Positions 16,834 to 25,871 of a stretch of 28,250 bases of DNA are shown in pieces. The notes under the pieces are model-generated. The model made no database searches. It was given only the letters and a program-made list of their open reading frames with translations, and was not told where the DNA came from. Every line of letters begins with the position of its first letter. The first letter of the stretch is position 1. Origin of the DNA: Verrucomicrobiota bacterium (GTDB lineage Bacteria > Verrucomicrobiota > Verrucomicrobiia > Limisphaerales > CANJXF01). A program made the translations under genes and the position numbers. The stretch is taken from positions 1 through 28,250 of the forward strand of contig JBBQRQ010000065.1 in assembly GCA_038214755.1 (NCBI GenBank), read 5' to 3'.

Positions 16834-17820
16834 ATGCCGAAACGCGATTCGCCTCTCTCCCGCCCGCCCCTGGAACGCATGATGAAAATTCATCAGTCGA
16901 TTCAGTCTGGAAAGTTTCCCAACGCCACCACGCTCGCCGGCGAACTCGAAGTCAGCACCAAATCCATCCATCGTGACTTGGAATTCATGCGTGACCGGAT
17001 GGAGCTTCCGCTCGAATACCACAAGGCGCGCAACGGCTATTTTTACACCGAAAAAGTCAACGCCTTTCCCACGCTGCAAATTAGCGAGGGAGAACTTTTC
17101 GCGCTGCTCGTCGCTGAGAAATCTTTGCAGCAATATCGCGGAACGCCTTTTGAAAAACCGCTGGTCAGCGCCTTTAAAAAAATGGCGGCGTCCCTCCCGG
17201 ACACCGTCTCGCTCAACTTGGCCGAGTGGGAGCAGACCATTTCTTTTCGCACCACGGCCGAGCCGATTTTGAATCTGGAAGTTTTTGACGCGCTCGGCAA
17301 AGCGACTTCGCAGCGACAGCAGTTGCAATTGGTTTATCGCAAGCCCGGCCAAAAAGAAACCGAGGCGCGACTGGTCGATCCGTATCACCTGGCCAACATC
17401 AACGGCGAATGGTTTTTGTTCGCCTACGATCACGCGCGAAAAGACATCCGAACTTTTGTTCCGGCGCGGATTCTATCGCTCGAGAAAACCGGGAAGACTT
17501 TTATTCGCCCGCAAAAGTTTTCGATGGAAAAAAGATTGCGCGACAGTTTCGGAGTTCATTCCGCCGAAGGGCAATTTGAGGTGGTGATTCGATTCAACGA
17601 GCAGGTCGCCGATTACATTCGCGAAAAGAAATGGCACGATTCGCAGGAGCTTAGCGAATTGAAAAATGGCGGAGTGGAATTACGTCTTCGACTTTCCAGT
17701 CTCGCGGAAATCGAACGCTGGATTTTAGGTTGGGGCGGAGACGCGGTCGCGTTGCGACCGGCGGAATTAGTTAAAAACGTAAAAGCCGCCGCGAAGAAAA
17801 TTCTTTCCGCGACCGGGTAG
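16834..17820 (+). CDS. HTH-WYL-WCX transcriptional regulator (YafY/PafB-like)
   Basis: LAGELEVSTKSIHRDLEFMRD HTH; RLVDPYHL..WFLFAYD..RTF..ARI WYL; WILGWG WCX. Confidence 0.93.
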   Translation: MPKRDSPLSRPPLERMMKIHQSIQSGKFPNATTLAGELEVSTKSIHRDLEFMRDRMELPLEYHKARNGYFYTEKVNAFPTLQISEGELFALLVAEKSLQQYRGTPFEKPLVSAFKKMAASLPDTVSLNLAEWEQTISFRTTAEPILNLEVFDALGKATSQRQQLQLVYRKPGQKETEARLVDPYHLANINGEWFLFAYDHARKDIRTFVPARILSLEKTGKTFIRPQKFSMEKRLRDSFGVHSAEGQFEVVIRFNEQVADYIREKKWHDSQELSELKNGGVELRLRLSSLAEIERWILGWGGDAVALRPAELVKNVKAAAKKILSATG

Positions 17821-17957
17821 CATCTGCCTCCGGCGGGTGCGGCATCTGCCAATTCGATGTTCGATGTTCAGTGTTCGATGTTCGATGTTTGCAAAGTAAT
17901 TAACATCCAACGCTGAACATTGAAGTGATCCGCACCCGCCGGAGGCAGATGCTACCC
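17815..17957. repeat. 28-bp perfect inverted repeat enclosing heptamer arrays
   Basis: GGGTAGCATCTGCCTCCGGCGGGTGCGG (17815-17842) and its exact reverse complement (17930-17957); five TTCGATG-like units at 17853-17887. Confidence 0.9.
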
Positions 17958-17960
17958 CGG

Positions 17961-18320
17961 TCAACCACGATACACACACTGCGCGGTGCAAGTTTCGGCC
18001 ACGACGACTTCACTCAGCATCGGCAACTTCGGTTTCAACGCATCCCAAATCCAGACTGCGATATTTTCGCTCGTCGGATTTTCCAAACCGGGAATTTCGT
18101 TGAGATAAAAATGGTCCAACTTTTCCCAAAGCGGTTTGAACGCGGCGGTGATGTCGGCGTAATCCATCAGCCAGCCGAGTTGTGGATCACATTCCCCCGC
18201 CACCACGATATCCGCTTTGAAACTGTGTCCGTGCAGTCGCCGGCATTTGTGCGATTCCGGCAAATGCGGCAACAAATGCGCCGCCTCAAATTGAAACGTC
18301 TTTCGTAATTCCATTTTCAT
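17961..18320 (-). CDS. queD: 6-carboxytetrahydropterin synthase
   Basis: [39 protein letters not shown] motif. Confidence 0.96.
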   Translation of the reverse strand: MKMELRKTFQFEAAHLLPHLPESHKCRRLHGHSFKADIVVAGECDPQLGWLMDYADITAAFKPLWEKLDHFYLNEIPGLENPTSENIAVWIWDALKPKLPMLSEVVVAETCTAQCVYRG

Positions 18321-18335
18321 AAACTATCCAAACTT

Positions 18336-18418
18336 GTAGCCGCCGACGTGAGGAGGCGGACATTCTCGTTGCGCAAACTTGAAAAAAAATTCGTCCGCCT
18401 CCTCACGTCGGCCGCTAC
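18336..18418. repeat. GTAG-type REP doublet
   Basis: GTAGCCGCCGACGTGAGGAGGCGGAC / GTCCGCCTCCTCACGTCGGCCGCTAC. Confidence 0.9.
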
Positions 18419-18421
18419 GGT

Positions 18422-19783
18422 TCACATTTCCCAATCCGTCCACCTCACCAAATCTCCCAGACTCGGACGTCCATCGTGCCGCCACGTCAACGGTGGATTT
18501 TGCATTTCGCCCATCGGACAAATCCGCGTCACGCCCCAGCGCGCCAGTTGACTGGCGAGCGTTTGGGCTTTGTCTTCGGGCGCCGCGATCCCCACGGTGG
18601 AGATTTTCCCTCGCACGGCATCGGCTCCCTCCAGCGCCTGAGTTAAATTGAAAACCGCTTTGACATAAACAAATCGATTCAAGCATGAGGATTGAAATCG
18701 CGGATCATTTTCAAAAACAATTGTCCACGCGGTCGATCCGGCGCTCATCCATAATTTTGTTTCCGGCGAATGCGCCGCGCGCACTTCGTAAAATGACCGG
18801 CGATACGCGATGTCCGCGGATTGCGCGTCCGATAATTTTCCGCGCGGCTCGTTTTTTTCCGAGGCCTCCAACTCCGTCCCGAGCATTTCCGCAAATTTTT
18901 CCGGAGAAACTTTTCCTCCGCTTTCGACATAAATGACGTGGGGCGAAAGACAGCCCAGTTGATCCCACGCGACGACATCCCGCGCCGCGCGGCCCGCCAC
19001 TTTTTGCGGATTGATCCCCGACAAAATTTCCTCCGTCACATAGCCAAAACTAACCCGATGACCGTAGCCGATGAAACGAATGTTCGACGGCAATCGTGCG
19101 CGAATGGCCGCGAGAGTTTCGTCCTCTCCGGTCGCAGTCACAAAATCAGCTTCGGCAAAAAGCGCGTTCTCCAGCGGCACGGTTCCCCCTTTCCACTCTG
19201 CGATTTCCAGACACGCCCCGAGCTTCGGTTCCACTTCATAAATCGAATGAGCGAACAACCGCGGAATAAATGAAGTCCCTCTGGCGCATTTGATAAATTG
19301 GGCCGAGCGCAGCAGCAGGCCAAAAATCATTCCCGTCAAAGTGGGGTTCGGCAAAGTTCCGCCGGTAATCTGAGCCAGCAGTTCCGGTCCGCGCGCAAAG
19401 GAAGCGCGATTTAATTTTTGTTCCACGGTGTTTGCGCAGAGAGAATCCAGCCGCTGAGCGTCGCCGAATTCCTGCATGATGAGCGCCTGCAAATTCTCCA
19501 CCGTGATTTGCCGAAAAAAGTTATCGAGACCCGCAACCAAAGTTTCGCGCGAAAATCCAGTTTTGATCGGACCCAATTCCAGCGCGTATTTCCGAAATGG
19601 ATCGTCACGGTCGAGCCAGCTTTTGGCCACGTCCGCAATTACGCGAATCAGACTATGGGTAGGACGTTCAGCGAGATATTGCTGCCGATTTCGTTTCAAT
19701 GTTTGACACGCATCGGAAATGACCAAAGGCGTCAAGGCGGTGACTTCGGAGAGATCGGCCAGAAAATAATTTGGAAGATTCAT
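18422..19783 (-). CDS. Acyl-CoA reductase, LuxC family
   Basis: GYGHRVSF, DVVAWDQLGCLSPH catalytic Cys, GVTRICPMGEMQ...HDG. Confidence 0.88.
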   Translation of the reverse strand: MNLPNYFLADLSEVTALTPLVISDACQTLKRNRQQYLAERPTHSLIRVIADVAKSWLDRDDPFRKYALELGPIKTGFSRETLVAGLDNFFRQITVENLQALIMQEFGDAQRLDSLCANTVEQKLNRASFARGPELLAQITGGTLPNPTLTGMIFGLLLRSAQFIKCARGTSFIPRLFAHSIYEVEPKLGACLEIAEWKGGTVPLENALFAEADFVTATGEDETLAAIRARLPSNIRFIGYGHRVSFGYVTEEILSGINPQKVAGRAARDVVAWDQLGCLSPHVIYVESGGKVSPEKFAEMLGTELEASEKNEPRGKLSDAQSADIAYRRSFYEVRAAHSPETKLWMSAGSTAWTIVFENDPRFQSSCLNRFVYVKAVFNLTQALEGADAVRGKISTVGIAAPEDKAQTLASQLARWGVTRICPMGEMQNPPLTWRHDGRPSLGDLVRWTDWEM

Positions 19784-21072
19784 TTGACGCGCGAGTTGCT
19801 CAAGGCCGATTCCAAATCGGCAGCGAGATTTGGCTCAAGAATTTCCTTTTTCCGAATGCGATGGAGGCAGGGCAAACCGGCGAGAGAAATTAAAATCAGC
19901 AGCGCCAGCAGCCCGTAGATGGGATAGTAGGCGCGCGGCAACGCAGCGTTTTCTCCGAGTCGTTTCACCCAATGTCCCACCGCCCAATGCGCAAAATTCC
20001 CAATCAGCCCGCCGAACGTGATGAACAAACCGAAGACCCGGCCCCGCACTGAGTCATGCACCGATTCCATCACTGCTGCTTCGATCATCGGATAGCTCGC
20101 CATGAAAAAAAATCCGTAGATGGCGAGCACGGGAAAAATCCATTTTGGCGGAACGTGGGGAAAAGTGATGACCATTACCGCCGCGGCGAATAGAACAAAA
20201 CTTGTCCACCAGATCCGTCCGCGATCACTCAGCCCTCCGAAAATTGGATTGCTGATGGCCGAGGCTAAAAACATCCCGCCCAACGCCAGCCCGGTGATTT
20301 TTGGAGTGAAGCCGTGCGCTTGTTGAAGAAAGAGCGACGCCAAACTTCCCATGCCGCTCCCGGCAAAATCGCGCAGGCTGAAAGCAATCGCGGCCGCCAA
20401 AAAGAAAAATAACAGCGTGGTCGTTGGAAATAATTTTTCCGAGGGCGCGGAGGGTTTGGTTTCCGATTCGGGCAAACGATCTTCTTCCGACAGCCAATAA
20501 AAAAATCCGGCGGCGACAATTCCAAACACGCCCAACTCAAAAACAGGGGCGCGCCAATTTCCTGCCATCACGGCGCGCCAGCCTGAATAAAGCGGCCCAA
20601 TAAAAAATCCGACGCTGGCGCCGATGCCGACCATGCCGAGAGCTTTGCCCGTTCCGATGGGATACAAACGCGCGACCAAAGCCGTGGCCGAGGGATGATA
20701 AAAACTTCCACCCAGTCCCGCGATGACGACACACACCAGGGCGATCGGATAATTTGGCGCGAAGGAAAGTCCGACAAATCCCAGTCCGTTGACGATCAGC
20801 CCGGCGGCCAAAAGTTTTTTTCGACTGACGCGGTCGGCCAAAATTCCCATCAAATAGCTCGGCAAAAAATAAGCGATGCCCATCGCGGTCACGAGCACGG
20901 TCGATGCTTCCACGCTTTTGAGTTCCAAATCTTTTTGGATCAGGAAATAAAGCGGGATCAAGGCGACGTGAAAAATGTGCGTGAAGGCGTGCAGCGCGCC
21001 GCAAAGCCAAAGGGTGCGGGTGTTGCGATTTTTATTTTTTGCGATGTTCGACAAGCGGAGGGAATTAGCCAC
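19780..21072 (-). CDS. MFS transporter
   Basis: About 12 hydrophobic segments; GILADRVSRK motif A; GGSFYHP; start may be TTG 21054; 4-nt overlap with luxC. Confidence 0.92.
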   Translation of the reverse strand: MANSLRLSNIAKNKNRNTRTLWLCGALHAFTHIFHVALIPLYFLIQKDLELKSVEASTVLVTAMGIAYFLPSYLMGILADRVSRKKLLAAGLIVNGLGFVGLSFAPNYPIALVCVVIAGLGGSFYHPSATALVARLYPIGTGKALGMVGIGASVGFFIGPLYSGWRAVMAGNWRAPVFELGVFGIVAAGFFYWLSEEDRLPESETKPSAPSEKLFPTTTLLFFFLAAAIAFSLRDFAGSGMGSLASLFLQQAHGFTPKITGLALGGMFLASAISNPIFGGLSDRGRIWWTSFVLFAAAVMVITFPHVPPKWIFPVLAIYGFFFMASYPMIEAAVMESVHDSVRGRVFGLFITFGGLIGNFAHWAVGHWVKRLGENAALPRAYYPIYGLLALLILISLAGLPCLHRIRKKEILEPNLAADLESALSNSRVK

Positions 21073-21139
21073 AGATGAATCCGAATTTCACGAATTTGTT
21101 GTGGACGGTTTGTAATATTTAGATGGGAAATATGGCTCG

Positions 21140-21332
21140 CCCTCACCCTAACCCTCTCCCCCGAGGAGAGGGAATAGCTATTGGCGTCTCTCGCAGGTGC
21201 GGGAGTTTGTTGCAGCATTCCCACTTTTGGGTTATTCGCGCGAAGAAGCACGAAAACCGAGCGCATCCGAAACACCAAACGTAGCCAACGATTCTCCCTC
21301 TCCCCCGAGGAGAGGGCCGGGGTGAGGTCGAG
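21140..21332. repeat. Composite REP-like element (CCCTCTCC-GGAGAGGG family)
   Basis: CCCTCACCCTAACCCTCTCCCCCGAGGAGAGGG at left and inverted CCCTCTCCCCCGAGGAGAGGGCCGGGGTGAGG at right. Confidence 0.88.
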
Positions 21333-21342
21333 CGTTTTCTTT

Positions 21343-22683
21343 TCATCCATTGCTCATCAAAGAACAACCGCGCGGTTCAGCCAGAGCAGTGCGGCCAATC
21401 AATTCAAAACCATCGCCACAACGAATTCCCAAATCTTCGGTTTGAATCGCCAGCACAGAATAAACATTGGCCAAATCGAAAACACGGATCAAACCGGTTT
21501 CGCCCTCGCCAACTTCGTTTCCAGTTTCTGGCGAAATAATTTGCGCGCGCGCCCACGGCGGAAAATGAAACACGCGCCGACTTTGAACTTTAAACTTTAA
21601 ACCTTGAACTATCCCGTCGTATGCCTGCGAGCTGAGTTCGCTCATCCCGTATTCACAGACGATGTGCGACTCAGGAATGCCCAGGTGTTTTGTGATGAAT
21701 TGATGCAGTTCCGCTTTCGGCAAAGTGCGCGAACGACCTTTGTAGCCGCCAGTTTCGAGAACTCGTGAACCAGTTGAGAGTCGGTAGCAAATATGGTTCG
21801 CGGCAAAATGATCGAGCAAATGCACGAAGGAAAATGCCGTGCCGAGAATTGCCACAGGACAATGGGCGCACACCGATTTGCGCAGAGCGAAAAGTGTTTG
21901 ATCGATGTCGAGCGTCCAGGAGTTTTGCCCCAAGGCCAACGCATCTGAATTGGCTGAAAAAGTGGGGCAGGCTTCCAGCCTGCCTGCGCGGGCATCTTGC
22001 CCGCGAACCTGTGACACTGGGGCTGGAAGCCCCTCTGACAGGCAAGATGCCCGCCCCACTATGCCTTCTTTTGGCCCATCGAGTTTTCCAGTGAAAAGTG
22101 AATCGCGCGAGCCAAGTTCGCGACGAACAGTTTCAAACATGTGAACGAGTGAAGAATTCGGCGCGAGAACAGGGGGCGGCGTAAGGAAAATAAATCCCGG
22201 TTTTTCGAGTGGCCCGATGATTTCGTTTTTGGCGAGTGCGCTCCATTGCGCGAGAAAATGTTTTTCAAACCACGGCAACAAGGAGGCTTCATAAATCGCG
22301 AGCGAATCGGCGTTGTGAAAATGGCGGCTTGGAATTTGTTCGGTCGTTCCGCTGGAATGGAAAACGCGCGTGCGCTCCTCCGGTTTTAAACTGGAAATTT
22401 CAAATTCCTTGAACGCGCTCGTTGGCAGCGCGGGGATCTCGCCCCAATGCCGGATCGTTTGCGGAGAAACTTTCCGCGCTTCGCAAAATTTCCGGAAGGT
22501 CGCAATCTCAGAAAATTGCAGCATGAAAAGAGACAGGGCCAATTCGTTGAATCGTGTTTCAAGGTGCTGTCGAGATTCTCTCGGCTGTTCGGACGATTCT
22601 GCCGAGAGAATCTCGGCAGCACTTTGGCGAATGAATTCACGCAGCTTCCCGGAGAAATCTTGAAAGGATAAAATTCTTTTCAC
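21343..22683 (-). CDS. Acyl-protein synthetase, LuxE family, with in-frame repeat insertions
   Basis: IPALPTSAFK, FHSSGTT, ETGGYKGR, EYGMSELSSQAY, DLANVYS..IQTEDLG, GR...EPRGCS; start uncertain (GTG 22683 or ATG 22752). Confidence 0.9.
   Translation of the reverse strand: MKRILSFQDFSGKLREFIRQSAAEILSAESSEQPRESRQHLETRFNELALSLFMLQFSEIATFRKFCEARKVSPQTIRHWGEIPALPTSAFKEFEISSLKPEERTRVFHSSGTTEQIPSRHFHNADSLAIYEASLLPWFEKHFLAQWSALAKNEIIGPLEKPGFIFLTPPPVLAPNSSLVHMFETVRRELGSRDSLFTGKLDGPKEGIVGRASCLSEGLPAPVSQVRGQDARAGRLEACPTFSANSDALALGQNSWTLDIDQTLFALRKSVCAHCPVAILGTAFSFVHLLDHFAANHICYRLSTGSRVLETGGYKGRSRTLPKAELHQFITKHLGIPESHIVCEYGMSELSSQAYDGIVQGLKFKVQSRRVFHFPPWARAQIISPETGNEVGEGETGLIRVFDLANVYSVLAIQTEDLGIRCGDGFELIGRTALAEPRGCSLMSNG
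21580..21610. repeat. Heptamer tandem repeat inside luxE
   Basis: ACTTTGA ACTTTAA ACTTTAA ACCTTGA ACT. Confidence 0.7.
21961..22060. repeat. 100-bp REP cluster inside luxE
   Basis: Terminal IR AGTGGGGC/GCCCCACT; internal palindromes GGCAGGCTTCCAGCCTGCC, GCGGGCATCTTGCCCGC, GGGGCTGGAAGCCCC. Confidence 0.88.
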
Positions 22684-22755
22684 GCGGTTTTTGATGGGCT
22701 GGTTTTCCGCTACAGCCAGAAGATATTTAGAGGCGAATCCGCCGCATCGCAAGTT

Positions 22756-23400
22756 TTACGGCAGCACGATCCGGTTTGTTGCGAACCCGGTTTTGGCGAG
22801 AATCTCCTTTCGCAATAACTTGCTACTAACTTGCTGGACGCTCCCATCCGCTAGTCCAACATTATTTTTTCCCGCGTGAAGTTCCTGTGACCAATGAACG
22901 TTCTGGTTCGTTGTAAGATTGAGCGTCCCGTTTTTTGGAACCAATCCGTTTGTGATATATTGGTCGCCCGATAAAAGCATCGTTCCATTTGTTTCCTCAG
23001 CATCAATGCCGACAAAATAGCTGATGTTGAGATTACTCATCTTATGAAAGTTACTGGAATGGCTTCGGCTTTTATCTTGGGGACAAACCAGAGCTCTTGT
23101 CGTGCCCAGTTCGTTTGAGAGCACTTGAAAAAGCCGAAACGCTTTTGGATTTTCGGCAAGTTCCATCGTGCCGCCGAGATTTGTCGAAACGTGCATGGGA
23201 TAGTTGCCGTTGTTGTCACCCGCCCAAATTCGAAACGACAAGCCGACCTGCTTCAAATTATTGACGCAACTGATGTGCGACCTGTATTTCGGCCTAGCAA
23301 GAATTGGCAAAAGAAAGGCCGCCAATAACACCAATATGGCAATAATGACGAGAATCTCGATTAAGGTTAGTCCCCTATGTTTTTTGAAAGAAGTTTTCAT
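22756..23400 (-). CDS. Prepilin-type N-terminal cleavage/methylation protein with H-X9-DG motif
   Basis: RGLTLIEILVIIAIL, CVNNLKQVGL, C-terminal HAGKNNVGLADGSV. Confidence 0.9.
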   Translation of the reverse strand: MKTSFKKHRGLTLIEILVIIAILVLLAAFLLPILARPKYRSHISCVNNLKQVGLSFRIWAGDNNGNYPMHVSTNLGGTMELAENPKAFRLFQVLSNELGTTRALVCPQDKSRSHSSNFHKMSNLNISYFVGIDAEETNGTMLLSGDQYITNGLVPKNGTLNLTTNQNVHWSQELHAGKNNVGLADGSVQQVSSKLLRKEILAKTGFATNRIVLP

Positions 23401-23574
23401 AAATAAGCACGTTTCCCGACTGACTGAAATCTTTATAGCAGTCATAATGCCGCTGCGATTTCCTCAATAAAACGGAGTTCTTCCATGAAAAGTTGCGTGA
23501 TGCTCCCGCAAATCGAACAAACCTCACGCTTTCTCTTTGTGCCTCTGTGTCTCCGTGATTAATTTTTCTCCCGA

Positions 23575-23640
23575 ATTAAATTCGCCATCTGCAACGAAAT
23601 TTTTAAAGATTGGAAACTCGACGAGGCGATGGCGTTCGCG
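23575..23640 (+). pseudogene. 5' remnant of a sugar phosphate isomerase/epimerase gene
   Basis: (ATT)KFAICNEIFKDWKLDEAMAFA resembles the MKFAICNE start of that family (from memory); ATG lost, stop at 23662. Confidence 0.55.
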
Positions 23641-23702
23641 GTTCGCCCAAGCAGCGGCGTTTGAGTTGGCGGAAAATGCCTGGATTTTTGTCCGGTTCGA
23701 AA

Positions 23703-23728
23703 CGCGCGGACAAGGCTGTCCGCGCTCC
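23703..23728. repeat. REP-like palindrome
   Basis: GCGCGGACAAGGCTGTCCGCGC hairpin ending in TCC. Confidence 0.6.
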
Positions 23729-23775
23729 ATTTTGGTTTGGCATACTTACCTCTAATATGCAGGACGTTTCACAGA

Positions 23776-23799
23776 CCGCCTCCTTCCGTCGGCGGCTAT
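23776..23799. repeat. Single degenerate arm of the GTAGCCGCCGACG REP family
   Basis: CCGCCTCCTTCCGTCGGCGGCTAT. Confidence 0.7.
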
Positions 23800-23814
23800 G
23801 TGGGAAATCTGAAG

Positions 23815-25104
23815 CTACCTTCCAATGCTCTTGTAGATAAATCCAAGCCGTTCCATTTCCTGCACGTCAAAAAGATTTCGCCCGTCGAAAAGAATCGGAT
23901 GCGTCAACGCTTTGCGCGCTCTTTCCAAGTCGAGTTTTTTAAACTCAGGCCACTCCGTCGCGATGATCAACGCATCGCAGCCGTCGGCGACTTCGTTCAT
24001 GTCCTCGACATAGGTCACATTTTTCAAAACTGCTTTCGCCTTCTCCATTGCGCGCGGATCATGCACGCGCAAAATCGCGCCTTCCTTTTGCAAGTGATGA
24101 CAAAGGTCAATCGCGGGGGACATCCGCACGTCGTCCGTGTTTTGTTTGAAAGCCAAACCAAGCACGCCAATTTTTTTGTTCTTCAGCACCCAAAGCGTTT
24201 CGATAATTTTTTTGACGAATCGCTCCATCTGTTCGTCGTTGATGCGCTGGACTTCCTTGAGCAACCCGAAATTGTAACCGAGTTTTTCGGAGATGTGGAT
24301 GAAGGCGCTCAAGTCTTTCGGAAAACAACTCCCGCCAAAACCGAGTGAGGCGTCGAGAAATTTTCGGCCAATGCGAGTGTCCATCCCCATGCCGTTGGCG
24401 ACTTCCTGCACGTTGGCGCCGGACGCCTCGCAAATGACGGAGATGGCATTGATGTAGGAAATTTTCAGAGCGAGAAAAGAATTGGCCGCGTGTTTGATCA
24501 ACTCGGCGGAATTGATATCGGTGACGATGATCGGCGCCTGATACGGCGCGTAAACTTCCTTCATGGCGGCCACGGGGCGTGGCGAACGCACACCGACGAC
24601 AACTCGATCCGGCTTCATGAAATCGGTGACGGCAAAACCTTCCCGCAAAAATTCCGGGTTGCTCACCACGTCGAATTCCACTTTGGCTTGGCAATAGCGT
24701 TTGATCGTTTCGGAAACTTTCTCGCCCGTCCTGACCGGCACCGTGCTTTTATCGACGACGATTTTGTAACTGGTCATCGCCCGCGCGATTTCACGCGAAA
24801 CCGCTTCAATGAAACTCAAGTCCACCGAGCCGTCCGTTTGGGCGGGAGTCGGCACGGCGATAAAAATCACGTCGGAATTTTCCACGCCCTCCTCGGTGCT
24901 GTCACTGAAAGACAAGCGGTTGGCCGCGACATTGGTATCGACCAATTCTTTCAAACCCGGCTCGAAAATGGGCATGCCGCCTGCGCGCAACACTTTGATT
25001 TTCTCGGAATCTTTATCGACGCAGATCACTTGATGACCCACTTCGGCAAAACAAGTTCCCGTGACGAGACCAACGTAACCCGTTCCGATAATGGTTATCT
25101 TCAT
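23815..25104 (-). CDS. ugd: UDP-glucose 6-dehydrogenase
   Basis: GTGYVG, IAVPTP, NPEFLREG, GFGGSCFPKD, GLAFKQNTDD, DGRN. Confidence 0.96.
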   Translation of the reverse strand: MKITIIGTGYVGLVTGTCFAEVGHQVICVDKDSEKIKVLRAGGMPIFEPGLKELVDTNVAANRLSFSDSTEEGVENSDVIFIAVPTPAQTDGSVDLSFIEAVSREIARAMTSYKIVVDKSTVPVRTGEKVSETIKRYCQAKVEFDVVSNPEFLREGFAVTDFMKPDRVVVGVRSPRPVAAMKEVYAPYQAPIIVTDINSAELIKHAANSFLALKISYINAISVICEASGANVQEVANGMGMDTRIGRKFLDASLGFGGSCFPKDLSAFIHISEKLGYNFGLLKEVQRINDEQMERFVKKIIETLWVLKNKKIGVLGLAFKQNTDDVRMSPAIDLCHHLQKEGAILRVHDPRAMEKAKAVLKNVTYVEDMNEVADGCDALIIATEWPEFKKLDLERARKALTHPILFDGRNLFDVQEMERLGFIYKSIGR

Positions 25105-25111
25105 CTAATGA

Positions 25112-25176
25112 AGTTTTTAGTTTTAAGTTTTGAATTTTCAGTTAATTCAGAACCCAAAACTCAAAATTTAAAAACT
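25112..25176. repeat. Opposed heptamer arrays
   Basis: AGTTTTT AGTTTTA AGTTTTG AATTTTC then AACCCAA AACTCAA AATTTAA AAACT. Confidence 0.7.
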
Positions 25177-25871
25177 CAGACTGGCTCCTGGCGGATTAAA
25201 AATCTTCCGTAAACCAATCCGGCCAGCGCGCCACCGAGCATCGGGCCGACCCAATAAATCATTTGATTATTCCAATGGCCGCTGGCCAGCGCCGGACCGA
25301 AAACCCGCGCCGGATTCATTGCCGCGCCCGTGAAAGGGCCGCCAAATAAAATATCCAACGCGACGGTCAAGCCGATCGCCAGCCCGCCAATTTTGGGCGC
25401 ACGGGCATCGACCGCCGTTCCATAAACGACGAAGACGAGGAAAAACGTCAGCACGGCCTCGATCACGATGGCTTGAGTCATGTCAATTCCAGTTTTGGCC
25501 ATGTCGGGTGTTCCACTGATCAAAATGGAATTGGCCAAAGAAACTTTTTTGTCCACATCGATTTGCCCGGAAAATAAAAAGAGCAAAATAAAGCCGGCAG
25601 CCGATGCTCCGGCCAGTTGCGCGATCCAATAGGCGATCGAGTTTTTCAAACTGATCTGGCCCCCAATTAACACGCCCAAGGTGACGGCAGGATTCAAATG
25701 TCCGCCGGAAATTCCGGCGGTGGCAGAGACCATCACCGCAATGGTCAAGCCATGCGCCAGCGCGACCGCCAGAAGGCCGGCGTTATGATAGATGGCGCCG
25801 ACGCCGATGAAAATCAGAGCAAACGTGCCGATGAATTCGGCGACACATTGCTTAAGAAGTTTTGCGTTCAT
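25176..25871 (-). CDS. MIP family channel (aquaporin)
   Basis: AEFIGT, SGGHLNPAVT, GAAMNPAR, IYWVGP. Confidence 0.96.
   Translation of the reverse strand: MNAKLLKQCVAEFIGTFALIFIGVGAIYHNAGLLAVALAHGLTIAVMVSATAGISGGHLNPAVTLGVLIGGQISLKNSIAYWIAQLAGASAAGFILLFLFSGQIDVDKKVSLANSILISGTPDMAKTGIDMTQAIVIEAVLTFFLVFVVYGTAVDARAPKIGGLAIGLTVALDILFGGPFTGAAMNPARVFGPALASGHWNNQMIYWVGPMLGGALAGLVYGRFLIRQEPV

Noticed and set aside
16834..17820. WYL gene as regulator of an anti-phage system (BrxR/CapW-like)
   Set aside because: Neighbours are rho and queD with no defence genes nearby; a stand-alone regulator is the simpler reading.
17853..17887. CRISPR array
   Set aside because: Units are 7 bp with no spacers; no regularly spaced 25-40 bp repeats or cas genes were seen in the window.
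18422..22683. Bioluminescence operon
   Set aside because: No luxA, luxB, luxD or luxG in the window.
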